64,000 nt of DNA from Eledone cirrhosa (Eukaryota), in contig OZ024744.1 of the NCBI GenBank assembly GCA_964016885.1, positions 35,588,001 through 35,652,000 on the forward strand, written 5' to 3'. The position numbers and the translations under genes were made by a program. Below, one piece after another: positions 27,655-41,228 of this stretch; position 1 is the stretch's first letter; the number at the start of each line of letters is the position of its first letter. A model generated the notes under the pieces. It did not search any database, was not told where the DNA came from, and saw only the letters and a program-made list of their open reading frames with translations.

Positions 27655-27880
27655 ATATCCTCATAGAACTTACAGAAAATAGCTTCAAATCTGCATACAA
27701 CCAACACACCTCATTTAAAAAAGGGATATCACATCCCTCTCTAAAAACATTTGAATGTTGAAGGACTAAGGCATCAACAGCTACTCCATTAACTGATCAG
27801 TCATTGAGTCTTCCCCTTCTTACACTCACAGCTTTAAGTGCTCCTCTGCCTAGCAAAGAAGTACATTTTAATACAACCAT
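27655..27880 (+). mobile_element. Highly decayed Penelope GIY-YIG fragment
   Basis: Across frameshifts reads IELTENSFKS..NQH...SLSKNI*MLKD...YSIN*SVIESSPSY...LCLAKK, parallel to the endonuclease at 24430-24650. Confidence 0.55.
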
Positions 27881-27899
27881 TATACCTGCTAAACTTTAA

Positions 27900-28900
27900 A
27901 TTAGTGCTGGCCTCCTCACAAGAACTTCATGTTTTGGACTTTCAAGCTTCCTATTGGATAACACTTTCACACTGGAAAGCATCCATCTACAGAATCTTCT
28001 TTTCACTGTTCACTATTTAGTTCTGCCCTCAGCTATGATTTTACTAGAGAGACAACAAAATATTCTATTGCCTCTGATGCCATCCATTTTCTCCCTGGTA
28101 ATTCTATTGGATTACCATTCTTGTACAGAACCATACATGCAGATGGTCCTGGTAAACCTAGCAACTTGCAAATATAGATATTACATTTCTATCTAATGCT
28201 CTCAATACCTGTTAGTATAACTTTGTACAACCAGTGGTCACTACAGCCCATGAAACAGAGCAAGCTTCATACACTAGATCTTGAACGTGCCCGGAAGCAA
28301 TATTTTATCTATCATTGAAAGTCCATTCTTGGCCATCTTCTGGATTTTAAGTCCCTCACTTCTGTCATTGAGTGGCCCATAATACAGCCTCCCTCACTCT
28401 ACACAGACTTCTGCACTGACCTCTTCTGAAATCTCATATTTCACTTCTTTTTGTCTTCCTTTAAGAAGAGTCACACCATACGATTTCTTTGCTTTGAATT
28501 GAAACATTGCCTGACTTACTAAAACATTCAATCTGCGCAGAATTTCCACCAGTGACTTATGGTCTTTTGCTAACAATACTATGTCACACAGTGAGACTTT
28601 CTTTGGGGAGCAGATCTTTATTTCACAGTGTGAAAAGTTGTACTTAGTAGGATAACTTCCATTCCATGTACAAACCATATAACTGAAATTGTGCACCCAG
28701 CTGCAATCTCTACCTTCAGTTTATGCCATACCTTTGTAGACTTGTTTGCAGTAAAGTAAATATAGAATTTGTGATAATTCATCACCAGTGTGCTTACTTC
28801 AGATGGGATCTAGAAGATGTCCATAGCAAACACAAACAGGATATGTGGAACTGACCTGGAAGCATTTGCTAGATCAAGATACACAAGTGCCAAGTTGCTT
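27900..28900 (-). mobile_element. Decayed HERO/NeSL-like non-LTR relic
   Basis: DIVLL...ILRRLNVLVSQAMFQFKAKKS..VTLLKGRQKEVKY, then GRLYYGPLNDR...GLSMIDKILLPG.FKI, then KLLGLP; resembles HERO RT thumb motifs. Confidence 0.6.
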
Positions 28901-29657
28901 TTCCTCTTCTTTGTTGTCTGTATGAACACACACACACCCACACACACAATGTTCAGATCTAGTGATCTTGGTAGTTCAGTATTGATGATAGAATATATAA
29001 TTTAATTTATTTAAATTCTTTGGAGAAGCTTAACAAACTAGTAGCTCACTTCATGAAACACATACATATGAATATGTTTATATATGTAGATATGTGTTTG
29101 TCTGTGTGTATATATATATATACATATGTATATTTATGTGTCTATATCTATATCTACACACACATACACACACACACGTATATATATATTAATATATATA
29201 TTAATATATATATTAATATATGTATTTATCATCATCATCATCGTTCAATGGTCATCTTCCATGCTATCATGGGTTGGACGGTTTATATAAACTGTAGAGC
29301 AAATACTTATGTATTTTAGCAGATTATAAGTTTAAGCAGAGAATCTATGCTTTCACCCTTTCATGCGATCTTTGGAAACTGAGATATTTAAAGATATTAC
29401 AAGCAAATATTGTATGAAAAAAAAAAAAAAAATGCCAACATAACAGATGATTGAGAGAATGTGAAGTAGGACTTAAGCTGGAAGCAAAGAGATAGATTAG
29501 ATAGAATTAGTTTTATGTCATTTGAAGAGGTGAAAGAACTAAAGGATATTTACTAATAAAGTAGTGTTGTGTAGAACTTATTGAATTAACTGTATATTCA
29601 AATGAATTAATAATTAAGTTCTACTACATATGAAATTATAATAACAGTAATAATAAT

Positions 29658-29692
<35 letters not shown>

Positions 29693-29759
29693 GTGCGCTC
29701 AGTAATGCCGTGATAATACTCAAAATAATAATGATAATAATAATAATAATAATAATAAT

Positions 29760-30220
29760 GACCGGACCATAAAAGCTAAAAGACCAACATAGCAAGGTCT
29801 GTTTATTGATTGAGCATCCCATGTGATCACAATATTGCAGCAAAAGAATTTGACAAGCTAAGAAAATATAAAGATCTGCTTATTGAAATCAAAAAAATGT
29901 GGCACCTCAAGGCCGTTACAATACCAGTGATTGTAGGAGCACTGGGAATGATGAAGAAAGGAACAGAACAATATTTGCGAATGATTCCTGGTTTACCCTC
30001 TCTGCACGAGGTGCAAAAAATTGTTTTGGCTGGTACTGCACACGTATTGAGAAGAGCACTATCTCTGTAAGATTGATAAACTATAAATTATAATCAATGT
30101 GGTGTGTTAACTTGGCTTACCAATGTATACAGTGAGTTTATTTGTCCTAGGTGTCAAGAAGATACTTGGCATATAACGGAAACAATACGGAAGGAAAAGG
30201 AAAAACTAAAAATAATGATA
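29760..30220 (+). mobile_element. R4/Dong-like 3' end (separate subfamily) in (TAA)n
   Basis: SIPCDHNIAAKEFDKLRKYKDLLIEIKKMWHLKAVTIPVIVGALG...GTAHVLRRALSL*; (TAA)n on both sides. Confidence 0.88.
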
Positions 30221-30861
30221 ATTTCTTTATTGGTCACAAATGTCATAATGATGATGATGATGATAAAAATATCAATAATAATATTAATAATAATGATTTC
30301 ATTTAATAATAATAATAATAATAATAATAATGATTTCATTTAATAATAATAATAATTGTTTCTACTTTAGGCACAAGGCCAGCAATTACCCAGTGCATTA
30401 CTGGTACTTTATTTTATCGACCCCGTAAGGATGAAAGGATAATAATAATAATTACCTGCATAGATATACAAAAAGATCAAACAAACGCAGTACAGTAATA
30501 GCTAAAGTCTATTCAGTAGCTACAATGCCATCACTACAGTGCCACTATCCCATCACTGCCGCCACCACTCTATCATTGCTACCACCAGTATTCCCCCACT
30601 ACCTTCTGTTAACTTAAAAAAGGGGAAGGTTGCAGTAACACTAGACAAGGGAGATGCTACCAAAAGATATAAATAGACTGACTTAGTGACTTGGTCAAAA
30701 GTTAACCTATGGCAATGAAGTTCCCCACCAACAATAGAAAAAGCCCCAGCACCACCTGCATAGCAAACAACAACAACAGAGGCAACTTCAACAAAAAGTA
30801 TATTATATTATTAATAATAATTTCTTTCTCAGCCACAAGGGGCTCACATTAAGGAACCAGT

Positions 30862-31594
30862 CATCATCATCATCATCATCACCGTTTTATGTCCGTTCTT
30901 CCACGCTAGCATGGGTTAGACGGGTTGTCCTGTTGTGGGCAGTGTCTGTTCGGCTGACCATGCCTTGCTCATACAGGAACTGATTTGGCTTGATTTCTAC
31001 AGCTGGATGCCCTTCCTAACACCAACCTTATTTACAGTGTGGGCTTGGTGCTTTTTTGCCGTGGCACCTCCACGACCACCTTGGAGTGGGAGGGTGTGGG
31101 GGCATATTGTCTATATGCTTCAGCTTGTAATCATGGGAGGTCGGGTACTCTGTATTACTGCGTGACGCCAGAGGTCACGGTCGTGTGTCATCGCCTTTGA
31201 GAGGTGTAATTGGGTAAGATTGGCTTTTATCACCTCATCCCAGGTCATCTTGGGTCTCCCCACTCCGCGGTTTCCATCAGCTTCTAGTGCTCTGCACCTT
31301 TTTATGCAGCTGTCATCCTTCATATGCATCACATGTCCATACCAACGCAACCGCCTCTCCTGCACACAGCATTTGATTCCTCTTATGCTCAGTCTCTCTC
31401 TCAATCATTTATGCTTTGTCGTTCGCGTATATTACTATTACACATCCATCGGAGCATGCAGGCTTTGTTTCTCTCTAATCTACGTAAGTCTTCCACCTTC
31501 AGCGCCCAGGTCTCACTACCATGCAACATCGCTGTTCGGATACATGCACCATGCAGTCTGCCTTTCATTTTGAGGGAGAAGCCTTTTGCAGCTA
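30862..31594 (-). mobile_element. RTE 3' fragment (sister subfamily of 7832-10052) with 3' UTR
   Basis: LAAKGFSLKMKGRLHGACIRTAMLHGSETW...RRLRWYGHVM...GRPKMTWDEVI; (GAT)n tail. Confidence 0.92.
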
Positions 31595-31595
31595 A

Positions 31596-34500
31596 AAAAA
31601 ACCCCCAAAAACCCGTGACCAAAAAATACTGGGATGGCGACCGGCGGGGAATAGCCGTATCTCTAGAGGAGGACGACCCCTCTAGTCTTGGTTGACACTT
31701 GTCCTAGGAGTGGTAACACAAAATGATTATCCCTTGACGGTTAAGGATAAAACGCGACAAAATAAAGTAAATGTCAAATGATAAAATCTCATACCGGATC
31801 GGCTGTCACCTGGGTCAAAAAGGGCCGCGTCCCTCAGAGATGAACCAGACTGGGGTCGAAAAATCAGCTAATGGTTCAAACCTTCCCATCAATCCGGAGC
31901 TGGAAACCTCCCATAACCGGAATACTCCTACTGTTGGCCCTCCATGCTCACCACCAAGAAATCCAAAGAAAAAGAGAGAAAAATGGTCAAGGGAAGACAA
32001 TAAAGAAGTCCTTGAGGCTTTCTACACTGCCATGTACTACCCATCAAATACATTGAATACAGAACAGACATATATCAACTGGAAAAAGAAACATCCCGAA
32101 AACAGAGGCTATATTGACAGTAACAAACTAGCCAATATACGAAGAAATATTGTTAAAGAAAAGTTACTAACTGATATAGAAATTGATCAGATCAAGCTAT
32201 TAGCACAAAGTCAGCGAAGGGAAAATGAAACATGTGTCAGTGAAAACGAGGTAAACTGTAACACTTCCAATCCCAGGGTTGGGGGGGAATCACTGACAAC
32301 AGAACAAATTAAAGAAAGGATCGAAAAAGTGGAGGGAGTGCATGCTGAATATGAAACTCCAAATGAAAATAGTGAGATCGTAAATGATAAAGAAATGAAT
32401 GAGAATGAACTTGCCAACTTGAAGAATGAAATTATGATCTAATGGATGAAAATGAAAGAATCTGACATGGGGGAACGAGACACTCTCCCTAAGATCCAGA
32501 ACTCCAAACAGAACCAAAAGATAATACACAAGACTAACATAACTCTCAAAAACATTATCATCACAAATAAACTAAACATTACTGATTTAAATCATCTCTA
32601 TTATGCATCGGCTAAAGTCACCACTCACTTATGTGGAGTGAAAATGAAAAAACAAAGGAATTCCCACAAGAAATCTACTTGGTAAGAGAAAATCAATCGC
32701 GAAATAAACCTTCTCCGATCTGACATAGAAATTTTAGCAAACTACAAAGTAGGTGAACATGTTAAACAAACTAAACTTAGAAAATTGAAAAGAAAATACA
32801 GTATAAAATCAACAAGTGACATAGGCATGCTGATAGAAATAATCAAGCAAAAAGTGTCGGCCAAAGCTGCTTGTATAAGGCATTTTGAAAAACGATCTAG
32901 ATTCTATAAGGATAATAAAAAACAACCAAAAAAACTTATACGGAAAAATTGGCAAGTCAACAATAACTGCTAAATCAATACCACCCAAGGAGGAAGTGCA
33001 AGAATTCTGGGAAAAGATCTGGGCTGAAGAAAAAGTTCATAATATACATGACCCATGGATAGACAGACAAATGAAAGATACAGCTCACCTTGAGGAACAA
33101 ACATGGGAAAATATAACAGTTGAACATCTGTTTTAGCTCTTAGAAAATCCAGCAAATGGAAATCCCTAGGGAAAGACAAAAACCAAATTTTTGGATAAAT
33201 GCCTTTGCAGAGTTTCATGAGCTGTTAGCCCAAATTTACAATGAGATGGTTAAGGAGCCAGAAAAGATACCATCATGGCTAGTTAACGGCATTACATTCC
33301 TACTTCTGAAGAATGATGAGACAAACAATCCCAAAATTACAGACCGAAAATTGCTTGACCACAATGTATAGAATTTTAACATCAGTCCTAACTGAATATA
33401 CATATGACCACCTGATAACAAATGATCTATTTCCCAATGAGCAGAAAGGGTGTAAACGAGGCTCATATGACTGTAAGGATCAGCTTTTGGTTAACAAAAT
33501 GATACTGGAAGATTGTCATAATAAACACAAAAATCTATCAATTGTTTGGATAGATTACAAAAAAGCATTCGATAGTTTGCCACACAGTTGGATTGAAAAA
33601 TGTTTAGAGATTTTCAAAATATCTCCCGTTGTCAGGAGGTTCCTGTCATTCAGTATGAAGACATGGAAAACGACACTCCTTTTGAATAGTGAAACAAAAT
33701 CACTGGAAGCTGGAGAAGTTAATATTAATTGTGGAATTTTTCAGGGTGACTCTTTATCACCGCTTTTATTCTGCATTGCACTTATACCATTAAGTTATAC
33801 ATCAATGAAACAAAACATGGATATAAAGTCTATGACAAAACCATTAATCACTTGTTCTACATGGATGACCTGAAACTATTTACAAAAAATAATGAGCAAT
33901 TTCAAGGGCTATTATCCACTGTGAAGCAGTTTAGTGATGATATTAAAATGAAGTTTGGACTAGATAAATGCACAAAAGCCACGGTCAGACATTAATCTTG
34001 ATCGGGGGAATGTGATAAGAGAACTTGATCAAGAGGAAACTTACAAATATCTAGGTGTTTGTGAAGGAGACGGAATCAAGCACTCGACAATGAGGGAAAG
34101 GATAAGGAAGGAATGTTAGAGAGATAGAATGAGGGAGATAGAATATATCTCCCTTGGAAAGAAGGAGGACGTGGGTTAATCCAGTTAGATATTGCGTTGA
34201 AAACTGCAACAATTGGATTATCTACATATCTAAGGGAATCACATGATTGGATGATCAAACTCGTTTTGAAACATGAAAGCATCAAAAGATCATACTCCAT
34301 TACAAAAGATGCACAAAGATACAGTAATGGACTACACATTTCAGAAGTCCCATTTACTGCTGAAATGGAAAACACAGAAAAAGCAAAGCAGGTAAAAGTA
34401 ACTGCAAAGAAAGAACTGCTACAGAAACTGGCTAAGAAATGGCAAGAAAAGCCTCTGTATGGAAAATACCCAGAACGAGCTAACAATCATGATGTTGACA

Positions 34501-35343
34501 AGACTTTAACCTATCAGTGGTTGGCATCCTCTGGACAGAAATCGGAGACTGAAGGACTGATTATCTCAGCACAAGATCAGTGTCTGCCAACAAAAAATTA
34601 TCAAGCCAATATAATAAAAAATGGATGCAACCCATTATGCCGTGTATGTAAAAAACAACCAGAGACAATTGATCATATAATTTCAATGTGCAGTTCTATA
34701 GCTCCAACCGAATACCGAAACAGCCACGACAGATCTGCACAATACATACATTGGATAATGTGTAAGCATTTTGACCTGCCCCATCAAAAGAATTGGTGGG
34801 AGCATCAACCACCTCCCGTACTTGAAAAAAATCACATCTCAATCTTGTGGAACTTTAGCATCCAAACAGACCGAAAAATAGATGCAAATAGACTGATATA
34901 ATACTGAAGGACTTTAAAAACAAGGTATGCCTGCTAATTGATATGTCCGTTCCAATAGACAAGAATGTATCTATAAAAACATTTGAAAAATTGAACAAGT
35001 ATAAAGACCTGGAGATAGAAATTGGAAAAAGGAGGAAGTTGAGAACTAAAACAATACCAGGGGTTGTAGGCGTTCTAGGAATGTATTTAAGGGGTCTAAT
35101 GATTACTTATCGCAAATCCCAGGAAACCTGTGTATAGAAGAAATTCAAAAGATAGTACTAATGGGAACTACCCATATACTAAGGAAGATTCTGTCAATAT
35201 AAGTACATCACAAGTCTAAACACCTAAAGATGCATGTGTGTGTATGTATGTTCTTTCTTGAACATGGTGGACCTTGTCTCTTGAGGTCACTGGTTGTGAC
35301 TTGGTGATAACTCGTATGAACATAAAGCAAGATAAATGCAACT

Positions 35344-35375
<32 letters not shown>
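31596..35375 (+). mobile_element. Near-full-length decayed R4/Dong non-LTR retrotransposon (single ORF, RT, CCHC, REL endonuclease), (TAA)n tail
   Basis: ORF pieces from 31771: N-terminal KWSREDNKEV, EQKGCKRG, WIDYKKAFDSLPH, GIFQGDSLSPLLF, YMDDLKL, EGGRGL, SAQDQ, CRVC...ETIDHIISMC, ILWNFSIQTD, KYKDLEIE; many stops and frameshifts. Confidence 0.93.
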
Positions 35376-35377
<2 letters not shown>

Positions 35378-35394
35378 CAACTACAACAACAACA

Positions 35395-35626
35395 ATAATA
35401 ATGCTTTCTTTATTAACCACAAGGGTCTACATAAAGTAGACATTAAGGACAGTACAGGACAATACAGGGCAGTACAAATGGGCATTTCTGCGTGTAAAAA
35501 ACAAGAAACAGAGGATGTAATAATAGAACAATACAACAACAACAATAATAATGTTTTCTTTATTAACCACAAGGGTTTACATAAAGTAGACATTAAGGAC
35601 AGTACAGGACAATACAGGACGGTACA
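35395..35626 (-). repeat. Two copies of a short LINE-like 3' end inserted in the TAA/CAA tract
   Basis: tttctttattaaccacaaggg...ggacagtacaggacaatacagg twice; related tttctttatt-ccaca starts near 21030, 30222 and 30820. Confidence 0.6.
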
Positions 35627-35776
35627 ATAATAATAAATGTAATAATTGCGATAAAGCTAAAAAAACAAAACAATTAAAAAGATATATAAGTCAACATAAT
35701 TGTAGCATTAATAGTATAACTAACATATGCTACAAATATTAAACTTGTTCACATATATTATATATATATTGTTTAT

Positions 35777-35968
35777 TGGTGGATTGGCAGTATTGGTAGA
35801 GGGTCGGACGCCATGCTTTGACGCACAGAGTTACGGCCTTTTCCACTCTGAGTTCAAATTCCGCCGAGGTTAACTTTGCCTTTCATCCTTATGGGGTCGA
35901 TAAAATAAAGTACCAGTAATACACTGGGTGATTGCTGGCCTTGTGCCAAAAAAGTAGAAACAATTATT
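35777..35968 (+). mobile_element. SINE-B
   Basis: Full head-to-tail match to the family. Confidence 0.9.
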
Positions 35969-36251
35969 TCTGTTAGCAAGAAAGTGTTAATATATATATT
36001 GTTTATGTTTGTTTTTCCAATCCTTGCACCTCCACATTTACAAATACTACTCTCATATCTATATGTACCAATCCATACACACATACATATAAAAATACTA
36101 CACTCATATCCACATTACCAATCCATACACACATACATATACAGTAAGTTATCACCTTATCAACTTCTGCAGATATGAAGAGTATCATGAAGAAAAAAAA
36201 ATTTGTCTGAGTTGGGTAGGTTCGTTTTTGTCGGCTCTTTCGGGCCCTGGT

Positions 36252-36352
36252 GGCCTTCTTTTTGTAGCATAAAAAAGGGGTGCCTTCTTTTGCAGCATAA
36301 AAAAGGGTTCCTTCTTTTGCAGCATAAAAAAAGGGTCCCTTCTTTTGCAGTA
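36252..36352. repeat. About 25-bp tandem repeat, about 3.5 copies
   Basis: ccttcttttgcagcataaaaaaggg repeated. Confidence 0.8.
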
Positions 36353-36465
36353 TAAATACAAGCCAACATTGTACCTATGGTAAGGGGTACTATTTTACTT
36401 TTGCAGAATTGAAAAAGTACTTTTTTTCTTTAAAAATTTATTGTCATTAGCTTTACAGTATTTAA

Positions 36466-36647
36466 ATTGGCAGTATCGGTAGAGGGTTGGACGCCATGCT
36501 TTCCAGCAAAGTTATGTCCCTTTACGATCTGAGTTCAAATCCCGCCGAGGTTAACTTTGCCCTTCATCCTTACGTGGTTGATAAAATAAAGTACCAGTAA
36601 TGTACTGAGTAATTGCTGGCCTTGTGCCTAAAGTAGAAACAATTATT
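36466..36647 (+). mobile_element. SINE-B
   Basis: aattggcagtatcggtagagggttggacgcc...gtagaaacaattatta. Confidence 0.9.
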
Positions 36648-37930
36648 ACATGTTATATATATACTTCTATATACTGTATATATATATATATATCTGTATT
36701 ATATGTTATATATACCTCTATATACTGTATATATATACACATATATACCTGTATTATATGTTATATGTACCTCTATATTACATGTTATATATATTTCTAT
36801 ATTACATGTTATATACACATCTGTATTATATGTTATATATACCTTTATATTACATGTTATATATACCTCTATATTAGAGGTTATATATACCTCTATATTA
36901 GATGTTATATATACCTCTATATACTGTATATATATACCTCTATATTATATGTTATATATACCTCTATATTATATGTTATATATACCTCTATATTATATGT
37001 TATATATACCTCTATATTACATATTATATATACCTCTATATACTGTATATATATATACCAGGTGTGAAGGGTCCGTGCATGCAACGCATGCAGTGCATGC
37101 GTTATAGAATCTTGAGTTGATCAACTTCGTCGGTTGAAGCAAACAGAATTTTGGCTGCTTACTAAATCGTAAGACACAAAAAAAGATAACACACACACAC
37201 ACACACAAACACATACACACAAACACAGGACAGCTTTGGGGCAAGCAGAATTTTGACTGCTTACTAAATCGTAGACACATAAAAAGATAACACACACACA
37301 CACACACATACACACACACACACACTAGATAATACTACATGCGGCTTTGACCGTGAGGGTCATTTAGAGGGAATTGGGGGGGGGGGGGTAAGGCTGCACA
37401 GCCCGACTTTCTGCCATGGTGATTGGACTGCATGCCCTGCTTTCCAGGTTACCCTTCGCCACTGATATATACTTCTATATTATATGTTATATATATGTAC
37501 CTCTATATTACATTTTATATATACTTCCATATTATATGTTATATATACCTCTATATACTGTGTATATATATATATATATGTACCTCTATATTACATGTTA
37601 TATATACTTCCATATTACATGTTATATATACCTCTATATACTGTATATATATATATATATATGTACCTCTATATTACATGTTATATATACTTCCATATTA
37701 CATGTTATATATACCTCTATATACTGTATATATATATATATGTACCTCTATATTACATGTTATATATACTTCCATATTACATGTTATATATACCTCTATA
37801 TACTGTATATATATATATATATATGTACCTCTATATTACATGTTATATATACTTCCATATTACATGTTATATATACCTCTATATACTGTATATATATATA
37901 TATATACCTCTATATACTGTGTATATATAT
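36648..37930. repeat. TA-derived minisatellite (about 22-bp tatattacatgttatatatacctc units) interrupted by a MITE
   Basis: Repeating unit on both sides of 37059-37464; about 80-bp higher-order unit at 37580-37900. Confidence 0.85.
37059..37464. mobile_element. MITE with CAGTGGCGAAGGGT-type TIRs (hAT-like)
   Basis: Begins caggtgtgaagggt, ends acccttcgccactg; second copy at 58078-58361. Confidence 0.75.
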
Positions 37931-38390
37931 TACTCATATAGAAAGCTGCTGTATCAATGTAACATATATGGACTTACTGGTATGTACTGTGTCAGGCAAT
38001 CAACTAATGAACGGTCTCTTGGAACGTAACTCGTTCGTATGTTGGGGACTTACTGTACACATAATTATGCATATTCACACACACCTTTACATTTAAAAAT
38101 GGTGGTGCAGATGCACATGCACATGCATACATGCACTCATGTATACGCATGTATACACTCATGTATACACTCATGTATACACACATGTATGCACTCATAC
38201 ATAGGCATTTATTTATATATATATAGGGCAGTACCTTTGCAATATTTACTATTCTGTATACTCCTGCTGGTACTACCAAAAATGAATGTGGATTAGAGCC
38301 TGTCATTGAGCACTTTATTCAATTAGCATCTTGTCTGATTGGAGTATCGCTTGCACAACTCTAATCGCTTGACTCCCTATCAAAATTATA

Positions 38391-38880
38391 TCATCATCTT
38401 CATCACCGTTTTACGTCCATTCTTCCACGCTAGCATGGGTTGGACTGGGTATCCTGTTGTGGGCAGTGTCGGTCGGCTGACCATGCCTTGCTCATATGGG
38501 AACTGATTCTGGCTTGCTTTCTACAGCTGGATGCCCTTCCTAACACCAACCTCATTTACAGTGAGTGCTGGGTGCTTTTTTTCCATGGCACCTACGCATC
38601 CACTTTACAGTGAGTGCTGTGTGCTTTTTTGCCGTGGCACCTCCACGACCACTTTACAGTGTGGGCTGGGTGCTTTTTTGCCGTGGCACCTGCACGATCA
38701 CTTTGCAGTGGAATGATAGGGACTCCAGTCCTATCATCTCATTTCTACAGCTGAGTAAACTGGAGCAATGTGAAATAAAGTGTCTTGCTCAAGGAAACAA
38801 CACATCACCCGGTCTGAGAAGTGAACTCACAACCTTTCGATTGCAAGCCCAATGCTCTAACCACTAAGCCATGTGCCTCC
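38391..38880 (-). mobile_element. SINE family A with expanded tail repeats
   Basis: Same head as 1862; three 40-bp-like tail units; terminus matches the RTE 3' UTR at 30862-31080. Confidence 0.9.
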
Positions 38881-39033
38881 ACATATATATATAATCTCAT
38901 TGGTATTTAAACTTCAATTACATAGGTTATGTTTATATACATGTACATATGGTGATGAAGATGATGGCATATATATATATATACATATATGCACACAAAC
39001 ACAAACACACACACACATATATATATATATATA

Positions 39034-39915
39034 CAGAGCTTATACCACTATTAGCCGCTAAAGGGTTCTCCCTAAAAATGAAAGGCAGGTTGTACGATGC
39101 CTGCATACGAACAGCAATGTTGCATGGCAGTGAGACCTGGGCATTGTGTGCAGAGGATATACGCAGACTAGAGAGAAACGAAGCTTGCATGCTCCGCTGG
39201 ATGTGTAATAGTAATATACGTGAACGACAAAGCATAAACGAACTAAGGAAAAAATTAGAAATAAGAGGGATCAGATGTTGTTTACTAGAGAGAAGGCTAC
39301 GTTGGTATGGTCACGTGATGCGCATGAAGGACGATAGCTGTATAACAAAGTGCAGGGCAATAAAGATAGACGGTAGCCACGGAATAGGCAGACCCAGAAA
39401 AACCTGGGACGAGCTGATAAACTCCGACCTCACACACTTACACCTCACCAAGACAATGTCACTGGACCGAGACCTTTGGCGGTACTCAGTAATAGAGAAG
39501 ACTCGCCTTACCTAAATACAAAGTAAAACTTACTACAGTCAGTAGGCATCTCTAACAAAATACACCCCCGTCCCACCACTCCCACCCCATCCACACCGCC
39601 CCCTTCTATGTAAAGTTATGTTGGTGCCACACCATCCAGGCCGAAACAAATGAGATCGTGTAGGTGTCACGACAAAAAAACACACAGTCCACGCTGTAAT
39701 GTGGCCGTGTAGGCAACATGGTAAAAACCTCCCAGACCCACACTGTAAATGTGGTTGGTGTTAGGAAGGGCATCCAACTGTAGAAAACCTGCCAGACAGT
39801 CCTATGCGAGCAAAACAATCACTCTTGCCTCAAGTGGGAATACCCTCGTCCAAACCCATGCAAGCGTGGAACACGGACGTTAAACGTTGATGATGATGAT
39901 GATGATGATGATGAT
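39034..39915 (+). mobile_element. 5'-truncated RTE copy nearly identical to 7832-8705
   Basis: ELIPLLAAKGFSLKMKGRLYDAC...DRDLWRYSVIEKTRLT*; same 3' UTR; (GAT)n tail. Confidence 0.95.
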
Positions 39916-40119
39916 ACAATGGACTTCTGCCTAGTTTTAATTTATTAAATTTCACTCACAAATCATTTGTCAACCCAAGGCTATAGTAAAAGACACTTGT
40001 CCAAGGTGCTGTGAAATAGGAGTGAACCCAAAACCATGTGGTTGCATATTGAACTGTTTAACCATACAGCCATACCTGTGCTATTAGTTTTCCATCATCA
40101 TATTGGTGTGTTTATTGCA

Positions 40120-40510
40120 CAGATCATCATGACTCATTCTCTCCAGTCTGTTCGGTCTGCCATTTCTCATGGTAGGTCTTCTTGGCCACACTCAGAATCC
40201 TCACACAATTACTTTATGTATGTTCGATGTGGTCTACCAATATGTGTGTACCCATGCTTCGGTTGCTGATGATCTCATCCTTTGCTCTCCAACATTGTCC
40301 AGTGAATATTGTTCTTCTTTCTCTGATGACAAGTGATATCGGTGGTAAATTACCATGGAGAAGTTCTTTTGTAAGGTGTTGTCTCCAGGAGATGTCCAGA
40401 GCTGCTCAAAGCATTCCATCAATTTTCTTTTCAAGTCATTTTGTTAGAGTCCATGTTGTACATCCATATTACAGAACTAACTGCACAACCACTTGAAAGA
40501 AATCACATTT
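40120..40510 (-). mobile_element. Decayed RTE 3' fragment (different family)
   Basis: Minus strand reads AALDISWRQHLTKELLHGNLPPIS...GQCWRAKDE...GRPHRTYI...MADRTDWRE. Confidence 0.7.
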
Positions 40511-41228
40511 TAAACAAGAGAAATCTCAGATATTTTGATGTCTGAGCTTTTTCCTGTTTAAAACAATTATTTGACATTTTTTTTTTTGCATTATCATAGA
40601 AATAAAAAAAAAAAAAGCCAGATAACAAACAAGCAAAACACCCCCACCTAAAAAAAAAATAATACACAAATGTGAAAGCAAACCAATTAAGTCCAAATGC
40701 AACAAGATTATTAAACATATTACAAATAGTTTTTTTTTTACAATTTTATCAAACGGATTTAAAAGTATGCTACTTTTGTAGAATTTTACCTTAGTTTAAG
40801 AGGTTTCACCCTTGAATTCACCTGTCACTGACAGTATTCAAGCATGTATTTCTTGCTGTGTTGGATTTTTTCTTGTTTAATTAATTATTTTTGTTTTAAG
40901 TTTTAATTAGATTTATTTTAGGTATTTATTTAATTTCCATTATATTTCTTGTATAAATTTGAATATTTGTTTACATTTTTATAAAATAGAGATAATTAAC
41001 AAGAATAAAAGAACAAAGAATAAAGAATCCACAAGTCAAATCTGATGAGCTATCAATTCCAGAGTAACGCCCGATAACTAACAATTGTACCTTGAACTGA
41101 TCAAATGCAAAACATGCATCACATATGAATAAACATAATGATGTTATATTGATACTTTATTCCTGATCCTTATTATATATATATATGTATATATAAACAT
41201 ATATATATATATATATGTTTATATATAT

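Noticed and set aside
41040-41080. CTGATGA hammerhead candidate
   Set aside because: GAAA core is missing; at most a decayed pLTR remnant.
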